Shown: positions 53,631 to 63,813, numbered from the stretch's first letter. The stretch: 64,000 bases of DNA from a virus (IMGVR_UViG_3300036958_000855:19652-83651), one strand, 5' to 3'. Numbers and translations: made by a program. The notes: a model not told the origin generated them from the sequence alone.

Positions 53631-55268
53631 TCACGTTCTCATGGTGACAACGCCGTTGTCTACATGCACATGGCGGTCAGAGCGCAGCGTTTGAGCGATG
53701 GCGTCTGAGTGGGACACGATGACCACGCAGCGGTCTTGCGCGAGTTCGTGCAGCACGGCGCTGATGCGTTGCACGCCGTCCGGGTCGAGCAGGTCGAACA
53801 CCTCGTCGAAGAACAGCGTGCCCGACGCGCCAGAATGAGCAGCGCTCGCAACCTCCGCGAGCGCTAGGAGCAACGCCACGTCGAGGCGCCGTCGCTCTCC
53901 ACCAGACGCGGCACGGTAGCCGTGCCCGTCCCCTGCTCCGATGATGTCGAGGCTGATGCTGTCGCTCACGCCTCCGGTCTTCTTCTCAGTGTATGGGGAG
54001 AGCTTCAAGCGCAACTCGCGCCCAGCGACGCGGCTCAACCAGACGTTGGCAACCGCCTCGATGCCACCGAGCGCACGTGCGAGCACGTGCGCTCGCACAC
54101 CCTTCAACCCGAGCACCTGCTCGCACGCTTGGAGTTCGTCACGGAGTTTCGTCGCCTGCGCGAGGCGCTCTTCCTGCTCCGCCAAGGCAAGCTCAAACTG
54201 CCCGACCTTCGCCGTCGCATCTGCAACCGTGGCGCGCACTTGTGCGTCCCTGTCCCGTGAGAGCTTGGCGCTCCGATAGGCGTGTGCAGCCTCGCGAAGC
54301 TTGCCTTCCAGAGCAGCACGCTCCGCGTTGAGTTCGTCGAAGAGGTCAGCGCCTTTCGCAAGTTCCTCGTTGGCGGCAGCCATGCGCTGCTCGTGTGCGG
54401 CTTGGGCCTCTTGCGCTTCGCGCTCCAGCTTGTCCCGCAGCGCTTGCGGGATGGGCTGGCTACACGTCGGGCACGTCGCGCCACGCAGGCGCTCCAACGT
54501 CGCCCGCGCTTGCCTCGCCATGGCTGCCAGCTCCCCCTGGCTCGTTGCGCCACGCCTCGACATGTCCGTCATCGACCGGAGGTCCGCCTCGGACTTCTCG
54601 ACGAGCGCGCGTAGGTTCTCCGCCTTGGCGCGTAGCGCTTCCACATCCTCGGTGGCTACGTGGTCGTCACCGAGCCACGACTGCGCCTCCGCCAGTCGCC
54701 GTTGCTCGGACCGGAGCCGCTCGCCTTCCACGAAACACCCTCGTTCTGCGACATCACGCGCTGCCTCCGCCTGCTTCAAGTCCTTGCGGCACGCATCCAG
54801 CGCGACGTCGAACCGCTCGATGCCGAGGATGCGCTCCAGCAATCGCTTGCGCTCCCCATCCGTCGCGAGCGAGAAGTGCGTGGCATCCGCGCTACTGAAC
54901 AGCGAGCATCGGCGCCAGACCTCCCACGGACCAACCACGCTCTCCAGCGCGTCCTGCGCCTTGGTCGTGTTCTCGAACTTCGTCGCTGGCTCGCCCTGCT
55001 TGTTCCAGTCGAGCATCACCTTGCCCTTCTTGCGCTTGCGGATGGCGCACGCGAGGTCCGTGACGACCGCTGCCTCGCCGTCTGGTCCAGACCACGGCGC
55101 CGTGCCGCGCACGGTCTGACCCCACAACGCCACGCTCACGCCCTCGACGATGCTCGACTTGCCAGAGCCGTTTCCGCCGGTCACGAGCACAACGCCCCTC
55201 GTCGGCAGAGCGAGCGTCGTGTCCTTGTGCGCCATGAATCCCTTGATGCGAAGGCTTCGGACGTTCAT
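53631..55268 (-). CDS. SbcC/Rad50-like ATPase
   Basis: Walker A GGNGSGKS, zinc hook CPTC, signature SGGE, Walker B FFDE. Confidence 0.92.
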   Translation of the reverse strand: MNVRSLRIKGFMAHKDTTLALPTRGVVLVTGGNGSGKSSIVEGVSVALWGQTVRGTAPWSGPDGEAAVVTDLACAIRKRKKGKVMLDWNKQGEPATKFENTTKAQDALESVVGPWEVWRRCSLFSSADATHFSLATDGERKRLLERILGIERFDVALDACRKDLKQAEAARDVAERGCFVEGERLRSEQRRLAEAQSWLGDDHVATEDVEALRAKAENLRALVEKSEADLRSMTDMSRRGATSQGELAAMARQARATLERLRGATCPTCSQPIPQALRDKLEREAQEAQAAHEQRMAAANEELAKGADLFDELNAERAALEGKLREAAHAYRSAKLSRDRDAQVRATVADATAKVGQFELALAEQEERLAQATKLRDELQACEQVLGLKGVRAHVLARALGGIEAVANVWLSRVAGRELRLKLSPYTEKKTGGVSDSISLDIIGAGDGHGYRAASGGERRRLDVALLLALAEVASAAHSGASGTLFFDEVFDLLDPDGVQRISAVLHELAQDRCVVIVSHSDAIAQTLRSDRHVHVDNGVVTMRT

Positions 55269-56401
55269 TGGCTCACCCCCAGGTACTTCTGCGCCCGTGT
55301 GAGCACGGCGCCACGGTCCACCCCTTCCTTCAATGGCATCGCGGCGACGAACTTGCCGAGCGCCTCCCCGAGCGTGTCAGCCGACCGTGCGCTTTGCGCC
55401 GCGGTGCGCGCCGCAGCTTGCGCCTCGCCGCTATCCACGACCACCTCGCACGCTCGAAGAACCTTGTCGTCCCCGCAGTGCTCGTCGGCGAACGCCTTGA
55501 TGCGCGCCACGTCTTCCGGCATCGCCCGCACGCGCACGTAGAGCTGGCACTTGCTTTTCGCGTGCTTGGCAACCGTCGCCTCAAGCCCATCCAAGCCCGT
55601 CACCGTGGCAAAGCGTGGCCCAGGCACGGCGATGTAGTGCAAAGCAGCGTCGGCAAGGTCCGCCACAACCACGCGCCCGTATGCGTCGAAGCCGGGGTTG
55701 TCCCAACCGGTCGGCACGAGCGCTCCGCACTGCACGACCGTCGCTACGTCGTCGCCCTCCCACACCAGATGTTCGTGCCAGTTCCCGGCGAACACCCCGT
55801 CGATGCCGTGCGCATCGGCAAGCTCCTGCAAGCGCTCGACATGGATGCTGTCTGGCGCCGTGCGAAGCCAATCTGGGGTCTCGTCGTCTGCCACGCCAAG
55901 GTGCACTACCAGCAGGCGCGTCGCCTTGGACTTGCCCTTGGCGACGTGCTTCACCGTCTTCTCAAACCACGCCGAAGCTGGCTCTGGATGGAACGGCACG
56001 CACAGCAGCTCCACGGGCGCAACCCCATCCGTCATCTTGACAACCTCTGGCGAAGTGACGACCGTGGCGTAGTCGCGCAGTGGCCCAAGTGCGTGGTCGC
56101 CGTCCTCGTTGGAGTGCATGTCGTGGTTGCCAAGCACGATGACGCACCGCAACGATAGCGCATCCCTCCCCCACCGCAGTGCTGCCTGCACCTCGGCGAT
56201 GAGCTGTGGCTCTGGGCGGCACCCATCATACAAGTCACCGCACACCACGACGCACCCGGCGCCAGCGCCAGCGGCAGCCGCGAGCCCAGAACGGAATGCC
56301 TCCAGCGCCTCCCGACAACGTCGATTCAGACCTCCTGCGGACGGTCCACCATGGGTGCGGTGGTTTCCGAGGTGAACGTCCGCGATGAACCCAACTCTCA
56401 T
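55265..56401 (-). CDS. SbcD/Mre11-like metallophosphoesterase nuclease
   Basis: ADVH, GDLYD, GNHD, H, GNWH phosphoesterase motifs. Confidence 0.9.
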   Translation of the reverse strand: MRVGFIADVHLGNHRTHGGPSAGGLNRRCREALEAFRSGLAAAAGAGAGCVVVCGDLYDGCRPEPQLIAEVQAALRWGRDALSLRCVIVLGNHDMHSNEDGDHALGPLRDYATVVTSPEVVKMTDGVAPVELLCVPFHPEPASAWFEKTVKHVAKGKSKATRLLVVHLGVADDETPDWLRTAPDSIHVERLQELADAHGIDGVFAGNWHEHLVWEGDDVATVVQCGALVPTGWDNPGFDAYGRVVVADLADAALHYIAVPGPRFATVTGLDGLEATVAKHAKSKCQLYVRVRAMPEDVARIKAFADEHCGDDKVLRACEVVVDSGEAQAAARTAAQSARSADTLGEALGKFVAAMPLKEGVDRGAVLTRAQKYLGVSQ

Positions 56402-56919
56402 CCTTCGTCCTCCCATACTCCCATGACCGCGCAAGCGCGCCCAAACCGCGCAGGCAAGTCATGTCCGCAGCGTGCGAGCGCCGTGACTTGTTGCTGCACG
56501 CTCAGCAGTAGTTCGAGGGCGCCAGCCTTGGTCATGCCCTCATCCACGCACACCTGGATGGCATCAGACAGCTTCGTAGCTTGGGATAGCTGCGCCACGA
56601 TGCCATGTAAGCCATTCTCCTCCTCCAAGCGCTTCCTGGCACGTTGCGCTGCCTCATGTTCCTCACATCCGGGGCAGCGACCGCTTGTGTCAAACAACCC
56701 GTGGTCCGGGCACACGTCGCGCTCGTCGCCTAGCATCCGCCGCACGTGACGAACGGCGGATGCTAGGCGCTCCACGAGCACGGCATCGAGCACCACATCC
56801 GCATCCGTTTCGGCGTCTGGACCTGCCGTGACCGTCGTGAGATTGAGGCGCTCGTCCAGCTCGATGCGAACCGTCACGTCGCCAGCAAGGCGAACGAAGA
56901 TGCGCGGCTGAACGAGCAT
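56398..56919 (-). CDS. Hypothetical protein (173 aa)
   Basis: Coupled ORF with CPDH...CPGC. Confidence 0.55.
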   Translation of the reverse strand: MLVQPRIFVRLAGDVTVRIELDERLNLTTVTAGPDAETDADVVLDAVLVERLASAVRHVRRMLGDERDVCPDHGLFDTSGRCPGCEEHEAAQRARKRLEEENGLHGIVAQLSQATKLSDAIQVCVDEGMTKAGALELLLSVQQQVTALARCGHDLPARFGRACAVMGVWEDEG

Positions 56920-56923
56920 GGCG

Positions 56924-57697
56924 TCACTTCACCACTTCGGCGTCCACGTCCATCGCGTCGGCCTCCGCGGTGCGGCGCCTCGGTCCTCCGCGCCCAGCGG
57001 CAGGCGCGGGCGCCGCTGCTCCGCGGCTCGGGCGGAGCACGCCGTTGTCCTCCAACATCTGGCGAATGTCCTCTGCGCTCGGCACGCGGGCGTAGCGCGA
57101 GAGGTCGTGCTGCATGTCAATCCATTCCATGTCGCCAAGCTCGCTGCACTGGCGCGCCGGGTTCACGGTGTACTTGGTGTCGTTCTTCCCCGTGCCCACC
57201 CGCGTCACGATGAGGTCGAAGCCGTTCTCGGTCGGGTCGGTGAAGTCCCCTCCCGCGTCCTTGTCCTGCCGCAGCGCAGTGAGGGCTTCGTGAATCTTCT
57301 TGCCGAACGCCCAGATGACCGGACCGTTCTCTGGGTTGGTCCGGTCGATGATGTTGCAGTAGACCCGGATGCGCGCGAAGAACTCCCCGGCGAGGTCATA
57401 GTCTGCCTGGCGCCCGGTGCCCTTCAGTCGGTCGGCCTCCTGGCAGACCGGGCACGGTCGCTTCGCCATGAGGCGAGGGCAGTTGAAGCTCAGCATCTTG
57501 CTCATCCCAGGCAAGTCGAGGGTGTGCTGGTACGTGATGACGAACGGCGAGTTCTTGCCAAGCGGAGGAGGGAGCACCCGGATGGGGTTGCGCCCGACGC
57601 CCGGCTTGAAGAACTCGCTGGTCCCCTTGGAAAGCTCCTCCGCTTCTGCCGCTGCCGCCTCTGGTTCGTATGTGCCGTACTTCTGAATGTTTGCCAT
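56924..57697 (-). CDS. Single-stranded DNA-binding protein, T4 gp32-like
   Basis: IRVLPP...QH...C...CPVC...RVYCNII...IWAFGKKI...DFTDP...GFDLIVTR...TKY; acidic tail. Confidence 0.8.
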   Translation of the reverse strand: MANIQKYGTYEPEAAAAEAEELSKGTSEFFKPGVGRNPIRVLPPPLGKNSPFVITYQHTLDLPGMSKMLSFNCPRLMAKRPCPVCQEADRLKGTGRQADYDLAGEFFARIRVYCNIIDRTNPENGPVIWAFGKKIHEALTALRQDKDAGGDFTDPTENGFDLIVTRVGTGKNDTKYTVNPARQCSELGDMEWIDMQHDLSRYARVPSAEDIRQMLEDNGVLRPSRGAAAPAPAAGRGGPRRRTAEADAMDVDAEVVK

Positions 57698-57765
57698 TGT
57701 CCTAGTCCTTTTCTGCTCTGTTTCGTGTGTCGTGTGACTCGTGCGACCGTGTGACCCGTTTCTGG

Positions 57766-58224
57766 TTAGCGCCTCCTTCCCGCGGCAACGTCCGAGCGGA
57801 TGCTCGGGTCCGCCTGCATCTCAGCCCGCACGTGCGCCCCAAGCGACACGAGCATGTCGCGCTTGGTCCGCACGGCGTCGAGTACCCCGGCGAGCCGCAC
57901 CTTCTCAACCTCTGCGTCGATGAGTGCGGCACGCGCCTTGTCCATCTGCTCGTCGGTGTTCACGGCAGCTTCCACCATGCTCTCGGTCGGAGGCTTGGGG
58001 TTTTCTGCCGTGAGCCGCTCGCGATGGATGATGCGCAAGTGCGAGGCCGTGCGCTCGATGGCAATCTTGGAGGTGAGGTGTTCGCGCACGGCAGCCGCGT
58101 ACCGCTGGTTCCAGTAGGCGAGGTCCGCGGACATCCGAACGAACTCCTCCTCCAGAGCAAGCGGTTCGATGCGCACGCTCTCATAGAGGTACTCGTCCAC
58201 GTCAAGCTCATGAATCTTCGGCAT
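57766..58224 (-). CDS. UvsY-like recombination mediator
   Basis: Coiled coil; PTESMVEAAVNTD...LDAVRTKRDMLVSLG; next to the SSB gene. Confidence 0.6.
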   Translation of the reverse strand: MPKIHELDVDEYLYESVRIEPLALEEEFVRMSADLAYWNQRYAAAVREHLTSKIAIERTASHLRIIHRERLTAENPKPPTESMVEAAVNTDEQMDKARAALIDAEVEKVRLAGVLDAVRTKRDMLVSLGAHVRAEMQADPSIRSDVAAGRRR

Positions 58225-58433
58225 CAGACACTCCCTTCGTCGTTGGGGCTGCACGTGCCTTGCACAAGCGCGCGCGGATTCTCGCCACACCGCACAAGCA
58301 CGCGCCCATCCGGCGTCCAGTTCTCGAAAGGAGGGCACGCCTTGTCCGGAGTTTGGCTCACGCGCCCGCACACCAGACACACGAACAGCGTCTTCCCGCT
58401 CGGGCTCGTGCGCACGATTGGCTCCCAGCGCAT
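58224..58433 (-). CDS. Small zinc-finger protein
   Basis: FVCLVCGR...C; coupled on both sides. Confidence 0.55.
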   Translation of the reverse strand: MRWEPIVRTSPSGKTLFVCLVCGRVSQTPDKACPPFENWTPDGRVLVRCGENPRALVQGTCSPNDEGSV

Positions 58434-61400
58434 CACGCCTTCCTCTTCTCCATCGCGCCCCAGGCGCGCCCAACCTTGAAGTCCACGACCAGCGGCACCC
58501 CCTGGCAGTTGAAGCCCTGCATGATGTTGCCGAGTTGCCAGATGACCTCCTCGACGTTCTCCTCCCGCGTCTCCAGCATGATGGAGTCGTGCACGGGCAC
58601 CACGACCTTCGCCGGAACCGCGTCTTCCAGAATCCACGCCACGACCGCGACAAGACTCGCCACGAGGAAGTCGCTCGCGGTCCCCTGCACTGGGGTGTTC
58701 CACGAGGCGTGCTCTGCTTTGCTACGCGCGAGGTCGTCCTTGTCGGCAACACGCCAGAGGTTTCGTCGCCGCGCCCGATGCCCGTCCCACCACGTCCACG
58801 CCTCACCCGTGCGGCGTGCCTCCGCAAGGCACTCCTGGCACCATCGGTCCAGCTTGCGGAACTTCCCAAGAATCGCCTCCCTCACCCGAGCCGCTTCTGA
58901 CTTCTTGCACCCCATTGTGCGTGCCAACTCGTCATCGCCCTGCCCGTAGAGCAGCCCGAAGTTGATGCCCTTCGCCCAGCTCCGGTGCTTGTCCGTGACG
59001 TCCTCCGGCGCGATTCCCCAAGCCACCCGGCTCACGAGCTGCGCCGTGCGAAGATGGTAGTCCACGCCCTCACGAAAGATGGCGCGCATCTTCTCGTCGC
59101 CGGATAGCGCGGCAGCGACGCGCAGCTCAATCTGGCTGTTGTGCGTCAAGAACCCTTCCGCGATGAACGTCCTAGTCGAGGTCTGCACCGCAACGACATC
59201 GCGTTCACCGAGGTACTCCACAGCAAGCACAACCGCTGGCTTGGACTTCTTGCCCCAGGTACGTCGGCCATCCCACCCGGCTCTCACGCCAGCCATCAGC
59301 CGAGACGGACGCAGCATTCCGAGCAAACGAAGCCCAGCCTTTTCACCCGCTACCCGCACTCGATTGCACCCGTTCTGGTTCTTGTCGATGTCCAGCATGA
59401 ACCCGCGCGCACGAAGCTCCGCGCACACCTTGGCGAACACAGCCCCGTCGTTCTGACCAAACCCAACGCAGCGGCCACCATCCGATACCCAACCCTCGCC
59501 GTCCAAGAACCCGCTCAGGTAGCCTCCCATCCAAGACGTGTCCTCTTCCCACGGGTCCGCAAAGAATGAGATCTTATCACCGACGCGAAGCTCCTGTGTC
59601 TGCACCCACGCTCGCACTTGCCGACCCAGCTTTGGGCGCACAACCCACCCGTGCATCGCGCTCGCGATGCACTGACCGCGGCTTGTGACGACCCGATAGC
59701 ACGGTTGCACAAGCCGCTTCGTCGCTTGCACGACCGCACCACGGAAAGAGCACTTGTGCCCGCCCAAGTCCTCATCGAACCCAACCAACTCCTGTCCGAC
59801 TTCCACCTCTTCTATCGGCTGCCACCGCAAGTCCGCTGTTAGCACCCGCGTGCCAGGAGCGAGGCAGTAGTCCGCCTCCACGAGCACGTGACCCGGAGGA
59901 GCGCAGAAGACGTTCCGCGCCATGGTGCCCTCCTCCGTTTGCGCCCGCGGGATGTTCTGGAGGTTCGGGTCGCTCGACGATGTGCGCCCAGAACGCGCGC
60001 CGTCGAGGTTGAGGTTGGGGTGGATGCGCCCGTCCGCGCGCACGTGCGGGAGCATCCCGCTCGCGTACGTGCCGCGCATCTTCGACACGCGCCGATATTC
60101 GAGCAGCGTGGCTGGGAGCGGGTGGTGCGTCTTGAGCGCGTCGAGCACGTCGGCATCCGTGGAGTCGCCTCCGCTCTTGGTCTCCTTCTGTGGAGGCAAG
60201 CCCAGCTTGTTGAACAAGATGTCCGCGACCTGCTTGGGGCTGTCCCAGTTCACGCCAGAGAAGTAGCCGTTCAGCTTCTCCCCCAATTCCTGCGCCCGCA
60301 CCGAGCACCACGTGTCAAACACGCGCAAAGCGTCCCGGTCGGCGCCGATTCCCCATGCCTCGACCTGCGCAATGGCCTCCGAAGCCGGGCGCACAAGCCG
60401 GTGCCACGTGCGACGCAAGTCTGGCTCGGCATCGAGCGCGCGCCACATCATCTCGCATAGGCGCGCCGTGGTCACGCTATCGCGCGCGTTGTAGCGGTAC
60501 AGCGTGCGATTCGGGATGAAAGCAAAGGACCACTTGTCCGTCTCGTGCTCGCCAGACGCGACCATGCGGTCAAGCGCTGGCGCGTCCTCTGGCGGGTCAC
60601 GGAACTCTGCGAGTTCGTAGGCGTCCGGGTTCGTCTTGCGCACTGCACGCAGCGCCTTGTTGACCATCTTGACCGCGTTTGCCTTCGCCGTCTCTGCCTC
60701 CTCCTTGTGCCCGCCAAGCCCGACAAGCTCCGCCATCGCGGCAAGGCGCCCGTCTGCGTCGCTCTCCAGGAGCTTTCGCATGAGGCGCGAGTCGAGCGCG
60801 ACCCCGCGAGGCATCACGCCATACGCCGCGAAGAACGCCACGCAATCGAACTTCACATTCTGGCCTGCCTTGGGCGCGTTTTCGTCTCGCATGTAGTCCA
60901 GCAGCACTCCGCGTGCTGCTGGGTTGGCAAGCCCGTCCTTCGTCCAAACGTAGGCATCATCGCGCCCGCGCCCGCACAACGACACGCACAGCACACGGAA
61001 CGACGGGTCGAACATGCACCCAGCCGTCTCCACGTCGAACGCTGCCCACTCGCACGTTCGTAGCGCTGCGACCGCGGCACGGGCGTCGTCCTCGTTCTCC
61101 ACCAGCCAAGCGGGCGCATCCCACACCGGGTCTGGCACGTTGACCGTCAATGCCCAGGCCATGTCCGCCTCGAACCAGCGGCGCACGAAGCGGTTGCGCA
61201 GGGCAGCAGCCGGGTGCACGACCATGAACACGGGAACAGGCAATCCGAGCGGAGGAGTCATGTCCGGGCTCGTGAGGAATCCGAACCCGCGCCGCGTGCT
61301 CAGTGGCGACACGGACCTCCCAAGCACCGCTTGGGCAGCAGTCGCCCCGACCGTGACAATCCGCCGAGGTTGCGCCTCCAGAATGGTCTGAGCGAGATAG

Positions 61401-61756
61401 CCTCGGCACGCGGCGACGTGCTTGTCCTTCACCTCGACCCCGGTTCCCGGATAGCACCGAAGCGCGTTGTCGAGCACTACCGGACCCGCCCAATGCTGCG
61501 CCACGACCTGCCGCAGCAGCGTCCCGCTCGGACCAACAAACGGGCGCCCGCGGACGTCTTCCTCACGACCAGGCGCTTCCCCTACGATGAGCACCCCTCC
61601 AGCGTGGTCCGCGCTCGCGATGACCTCTCCCCCGACGCACACGGAGCGCGCGCCCTCCCAAAGAGAACAGCGACGACATGCCTTATCCTGTTCGAGCGGC
61701 GCGACACGCTCAACCTCGGCTTGTGGGGTGCCATCGTAGAGTGCGATGCGCTTCAT
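58433..61756 (-). CDS. Family A DNA polymerase with N-terminal family-4 uracil-DNA glycosylase and 3'-5' exonuclease; intein-containing
   Basis: UDG CxxC, GEAPG, HPAAALR; exonuclease FDVET, QNVKFD, YNARD; GRTSSSDPNLQNIPR, motif A DY/SQIELR, motif B KGINFGLLYG, motif C VHDS. Confidence 0.95.
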   Translation of the reverse strand: MKRIALYDGTPQAEVERVAPLEQDKACRRCSLWEGARSVCVGGEVIASADHAGGVLIVGEAPGREEDVRGRPFVGPSGTLLRQVVAQHWAGPVVLDNALRCYPGTGVEVKDKHVAACRGYLAQTILEAQPRRIVTVGATAAQAVLGRSVSPLSTRRGFGFLTSPDMTPPLGLPVPVFMVVHPAAALRNRFVRRWFEADMAWALTVNVPDPVWDAPAWLVENEDDARAAVAALRTCEWAAFDVETAGCMFDPSFRVLCVSLCGRGRDDAYVWTKDGLANPAARGVLLDYMRDENAPKAGQNVKFDCVAFFAAYGVMPRGVALDSRLMRKLLESDADGRLAAMAELVGLGGHKEEAETAKANAVKMVNKALRAVRKTNPDAYELAEFRDPPEDAPALDRMVASGEHETDKWSFAFIPNRTLYRYNARDSVTTARLCEMMWRALDAEPDLRRTWHRLVRPASEAIAQVEAWGIGADRDALRVFDTWCSVRAQELGEKLNGYFSGVNWDSPKQVADILFNKLGLPPQKETKSGGDSTDADVLDALKTHHPLPATLLEYRRVSKMRGTYASGMLPHVRADGRIHPNLNLDGARSGRTSSSDPNLQNIPRAQTEEGTMARNVFCAPPGHVLVEADYCLAPGTRVLTADLRWQPIEEVEVGQELVGFDEDLGGHKCSFRGAVVQATKRLVQPCYRVVTSRGQCIASAMHGWVVRPKLGRQVRAWVQTQELRVGDKISFFADPWEEDTSWMGGYLSGFLDGEGWVSDGGRCVGFGQNDGAVFAKVCAELRARGFMLDIDKNQNGCNRVRVAGEKAGLRLLGMLRPSRLMAGVRAGWDGRRTWGKKSKPAVVLAVEYLGERDVVAVQTSTRTFIAEGFLTHNSQIELRVAAALSGDEKMRAIFREGVDYHLRTAQLVSRVAWGIAPEDVTDKHRSWAKGINFGLLYGQGDDELARTMGCKKSEAARVREAILGKFRKLDRWCQECLAEARRTGEAWTWWDGHRARRRNLWRVADKDDLARSKAEHASWNTPVQGTASDFLVASLVAVVAWILEDAVPAKVVVPVHDSIMLETREENVEEVIWQLGNIMQGFNCQGVPLVVDFKVGRAWGAMEKRKA
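59138..59866 (-). mobile_element. Intein (243 aa) with a single LAGLIDADG-type motif
   Basis: Cys1 CLAPGTRV, terminal THN, +1 Ser; splicing restores DYSQIELR; YLSGFLDGEG motif. Confidence 0.92.
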
Positions 61757-62670
61757 CCCGTGTGACCCATGACTTCGAGGGTTCGCGGGATGCGCGTCTC
61801 CAAGTCGGGGATTCGGCTCAGCACCGGCACCTCCGCCTTGATGTCCGAGCAAAGCGCCACAAGGTCGCTAGCGCTCGTCACGCCACTGTCGATGAGCTTG
61901 CCGAGCACTTCGCCAAGCCGCGCAGCCTTCTTCAGTTCAGCCAGCACCGTGGCGTCCAATGCGCCGGTTTTCGGCTTGGGCGGAGCGTCCACCGCCTCTC
62001 CCGGAGGGGCGAGCTGCCACGGGTCGGGTTCGCCGGGGAGCACCGGGCCAGCGGCGGTCCCATTGCCCTTCTTCTTGGCGTCGAAGTCCGCCTTGGACAT
62101 CGCCTCTACGCCAGCCATGAGGTCGGCCAGCGTGAGCCAGCAATGGTTGTTGAAACAAACCACACCACCATCTGGCCGAAGATGCAGCTCCTTCCCGCAC
62201 GCTGGGCACGGAGGGAGCGCCTCCGTTGGCTTGGCCTGCGGCTCTTGCGGTGCAGATGCCTCCGGGCGCTTGCGCGTCGCCCGACGCTTGGGTGCTTCTG
62301 CCACAGGCGCGGGTTCTGGAGCGGGCTCCGGCTTGGGCTCCACAGCGGGCGCCGCAACCAACGTAGCGGCAACCACGGGCTCAGGCGCGCCGGGCACCGG
62401 AATGGGTGGCGGAACGTGGATAGGCGCGGTCTCGGCAGCCTTCGACGCCTCCTCATAGGCGCGGTCCTTCGCGTCCCGGTCGCCAGTCACGCCGAGTGCC
62501 GCTGGTCCACCGAGGCAAAGCGTCGCGAGAACGAGCTTGGCCTCTTCTTCGCCAAGACCGTAGAGCGCGAGGCGCCCCTTGTTGGCGCGAAAACCGAAGC
62601 GCCTCTCGTAACCGAGGACCTCTGCGGTTCCGCCCCAATCCGTGATGTTGAACTTCGCTTGCTGGTTCAT
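61753..62670 (-). CDS. Pro/Ala-rich hypothetical protein with central CxxC...CxxxxC
   Basis: GGAG RBS before MNQQAKF; stop overlaps the polymerase start. Confidence 0.6.
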   Translation of the reverse strand: MNQQAKFNITDWGGTAEVLGYERRFGFRANKGRLALYGLGEEEAKLVLATLCLGGPAALGVTGDRDAKDRAYEEASKAAETAPIHVPPPIPVPGAPEPVVAATLVAAPAVEPKPEPAPEPAPVAEAPKRRATRKRPEASAPQEPQAKPTEALPPCPACGKELHLRPDGGVVCFNNHCWLTLADLMAGVEAMSKADFDAKKKGNGTAAGPVLPGEPDPWQLAPPGEAVDAPPKPKTGALDATVLAELKKAARLGEVLGKLIDSGVTSASDLVALCSDIKAEVPVLSRIPDLETRIPRTLEVMGHTG

Positions 62671-62692
62671 CGTGTCTCCTGTGCGGGTTGTT

Positions 62693-63583
62693 TCATTCCA
62701 GCCCAACGCTGGACCATTCGAGCAAGGCGCGCCGCGCAGCAGAGCGCAGCGCGCCACGGTCTGTTACGTGCGGGTCGGTTCGTGGCGGAAGCCGAATGGC
62801 GCCTGTCGGCACCCCGTCCATCCGCAACCGAAGGCAAGCGCCAAGCGCTTCCTCCCATGCATCACCGTCGAGCGCAAACACGACCGGGCGCCGCGACCGC
62901 GCGAGGCGCTCCATGTGCGCGTCGTTCGGCTTGCCGAGGCAAGCTACGACGTCGGGGAGGTGCGGGATGGCGTCGAACACGCCCTCCACCACAAGCGCGG
63001 GCTCATCGGTAGCTATGTCGATGACGCGCTCGTTGAACAGCAGACCTCCGCGGGCGCCAGACGGGTACATGTATGGCTTCTCTGCCTTGGGCACCCAAGC
63101 GCGGGCGACCCACCATTCCCATCGCCCGCCAGCATCGAACACCGGAACCACGACACGACCAGCGCACTTGCCAACCGGGCAGGCGCCGATGTGGAGGTCA
63201 CACACCTCCTCGTACGTGATGTGCCGAGTTCGCAGGTACTCCCAAGCTGGCTGCAAGCACGACGTGTTACGTTCCCACTCCAACGGGTAGAAGTGCTCCG
63301 GTGGCGTGATTGGCTCCGGCGCCTGCTTCTGCGCGTCCTCCGCGTAGTCCGCAGCATACGCGAACGCACTCTCGATGTCGTAGATGCGCCCCTGCGCGCC
63401 GCACTTGAAGCAGTGGTAGGTAGACGTCGCGACGTTCACTCCGAGCGACCGCTTGCGGTCTGCCTTCCCCGTTCGCTCCTCGCACAGCGGGCACGTGCCT
63501 CCCACCCACCCGCGCTTGTTCGGCACCTTGCCGAGCACCGCTGCGAGAATTCGCTGCTCGTCATACCCCATGCGAACCTCCAT
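62693..63583 (-). CDS. DNA primase (zinc finger plus TOPRIM)
   Basis: CPLC...YHCFKCG; GRVVVP; VEGVFDA; LDGD. Confidence 0.88.
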   Translation of the reverse strand: MEVRMGYDEQRILAAVLGKVPNKRGWVGGTCPLCEERTGKADRKRSLGVNVATSTYHCFKCGAQGRIYDIESAFAYAADYAEDAQKQAPEPITPPEHFYPLEWERNTSCLQPAWEYLRTRHITYEEVCDLHIGACPVGKCAGRVVVPVFDAGGRWEWWVARAWVPKAEKPYMYPSGARGGLLFNERVIDIATDEPALVVEGVFDAIPHLPDVVACLGKPNDAHMERLARSRRPVVFALDGDAWEEALGACLRLRMDGVPTGAIRLPPRTDPHVTDRGALRSAARRALLEWSSVGLE

Positions 63584-63813
63584 CAGAATGGCGGAACGTC
63601 ATCATCCGTTGGTCCTCCGATAGCCTGCATGAAGCGTTCTGGGTGCCCGCACAGGCCAGACCCGGCGCGGTGCGGGAAGTGGTAGGCAGGGCAGCAGCAC
63701 ACCGCCTGGTTAGCCTTGCGTCCGCGCATCCAGCGGCACAGCGGTCGAGATGGACGGCAGCCTTCCGCATGTTGGTCCGCGTGCGGACCCCAGCATCGCT
63801 TCGGTCGTGCCAC
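63583..63813 (-). CDS. Small Cys/His-rich protein
   Basis: CCCPAYHFPHRAGSGLC; stop overlaps the primase start. Confidence 0.5.
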   Translation of the reverse strand: MARPKRCWGPHADQHAEGCRPSRPLCRWMRGRKANQAVCCCPAYHFPHRAGSGLCGHPERFMQAIGGPTDDDVPPF

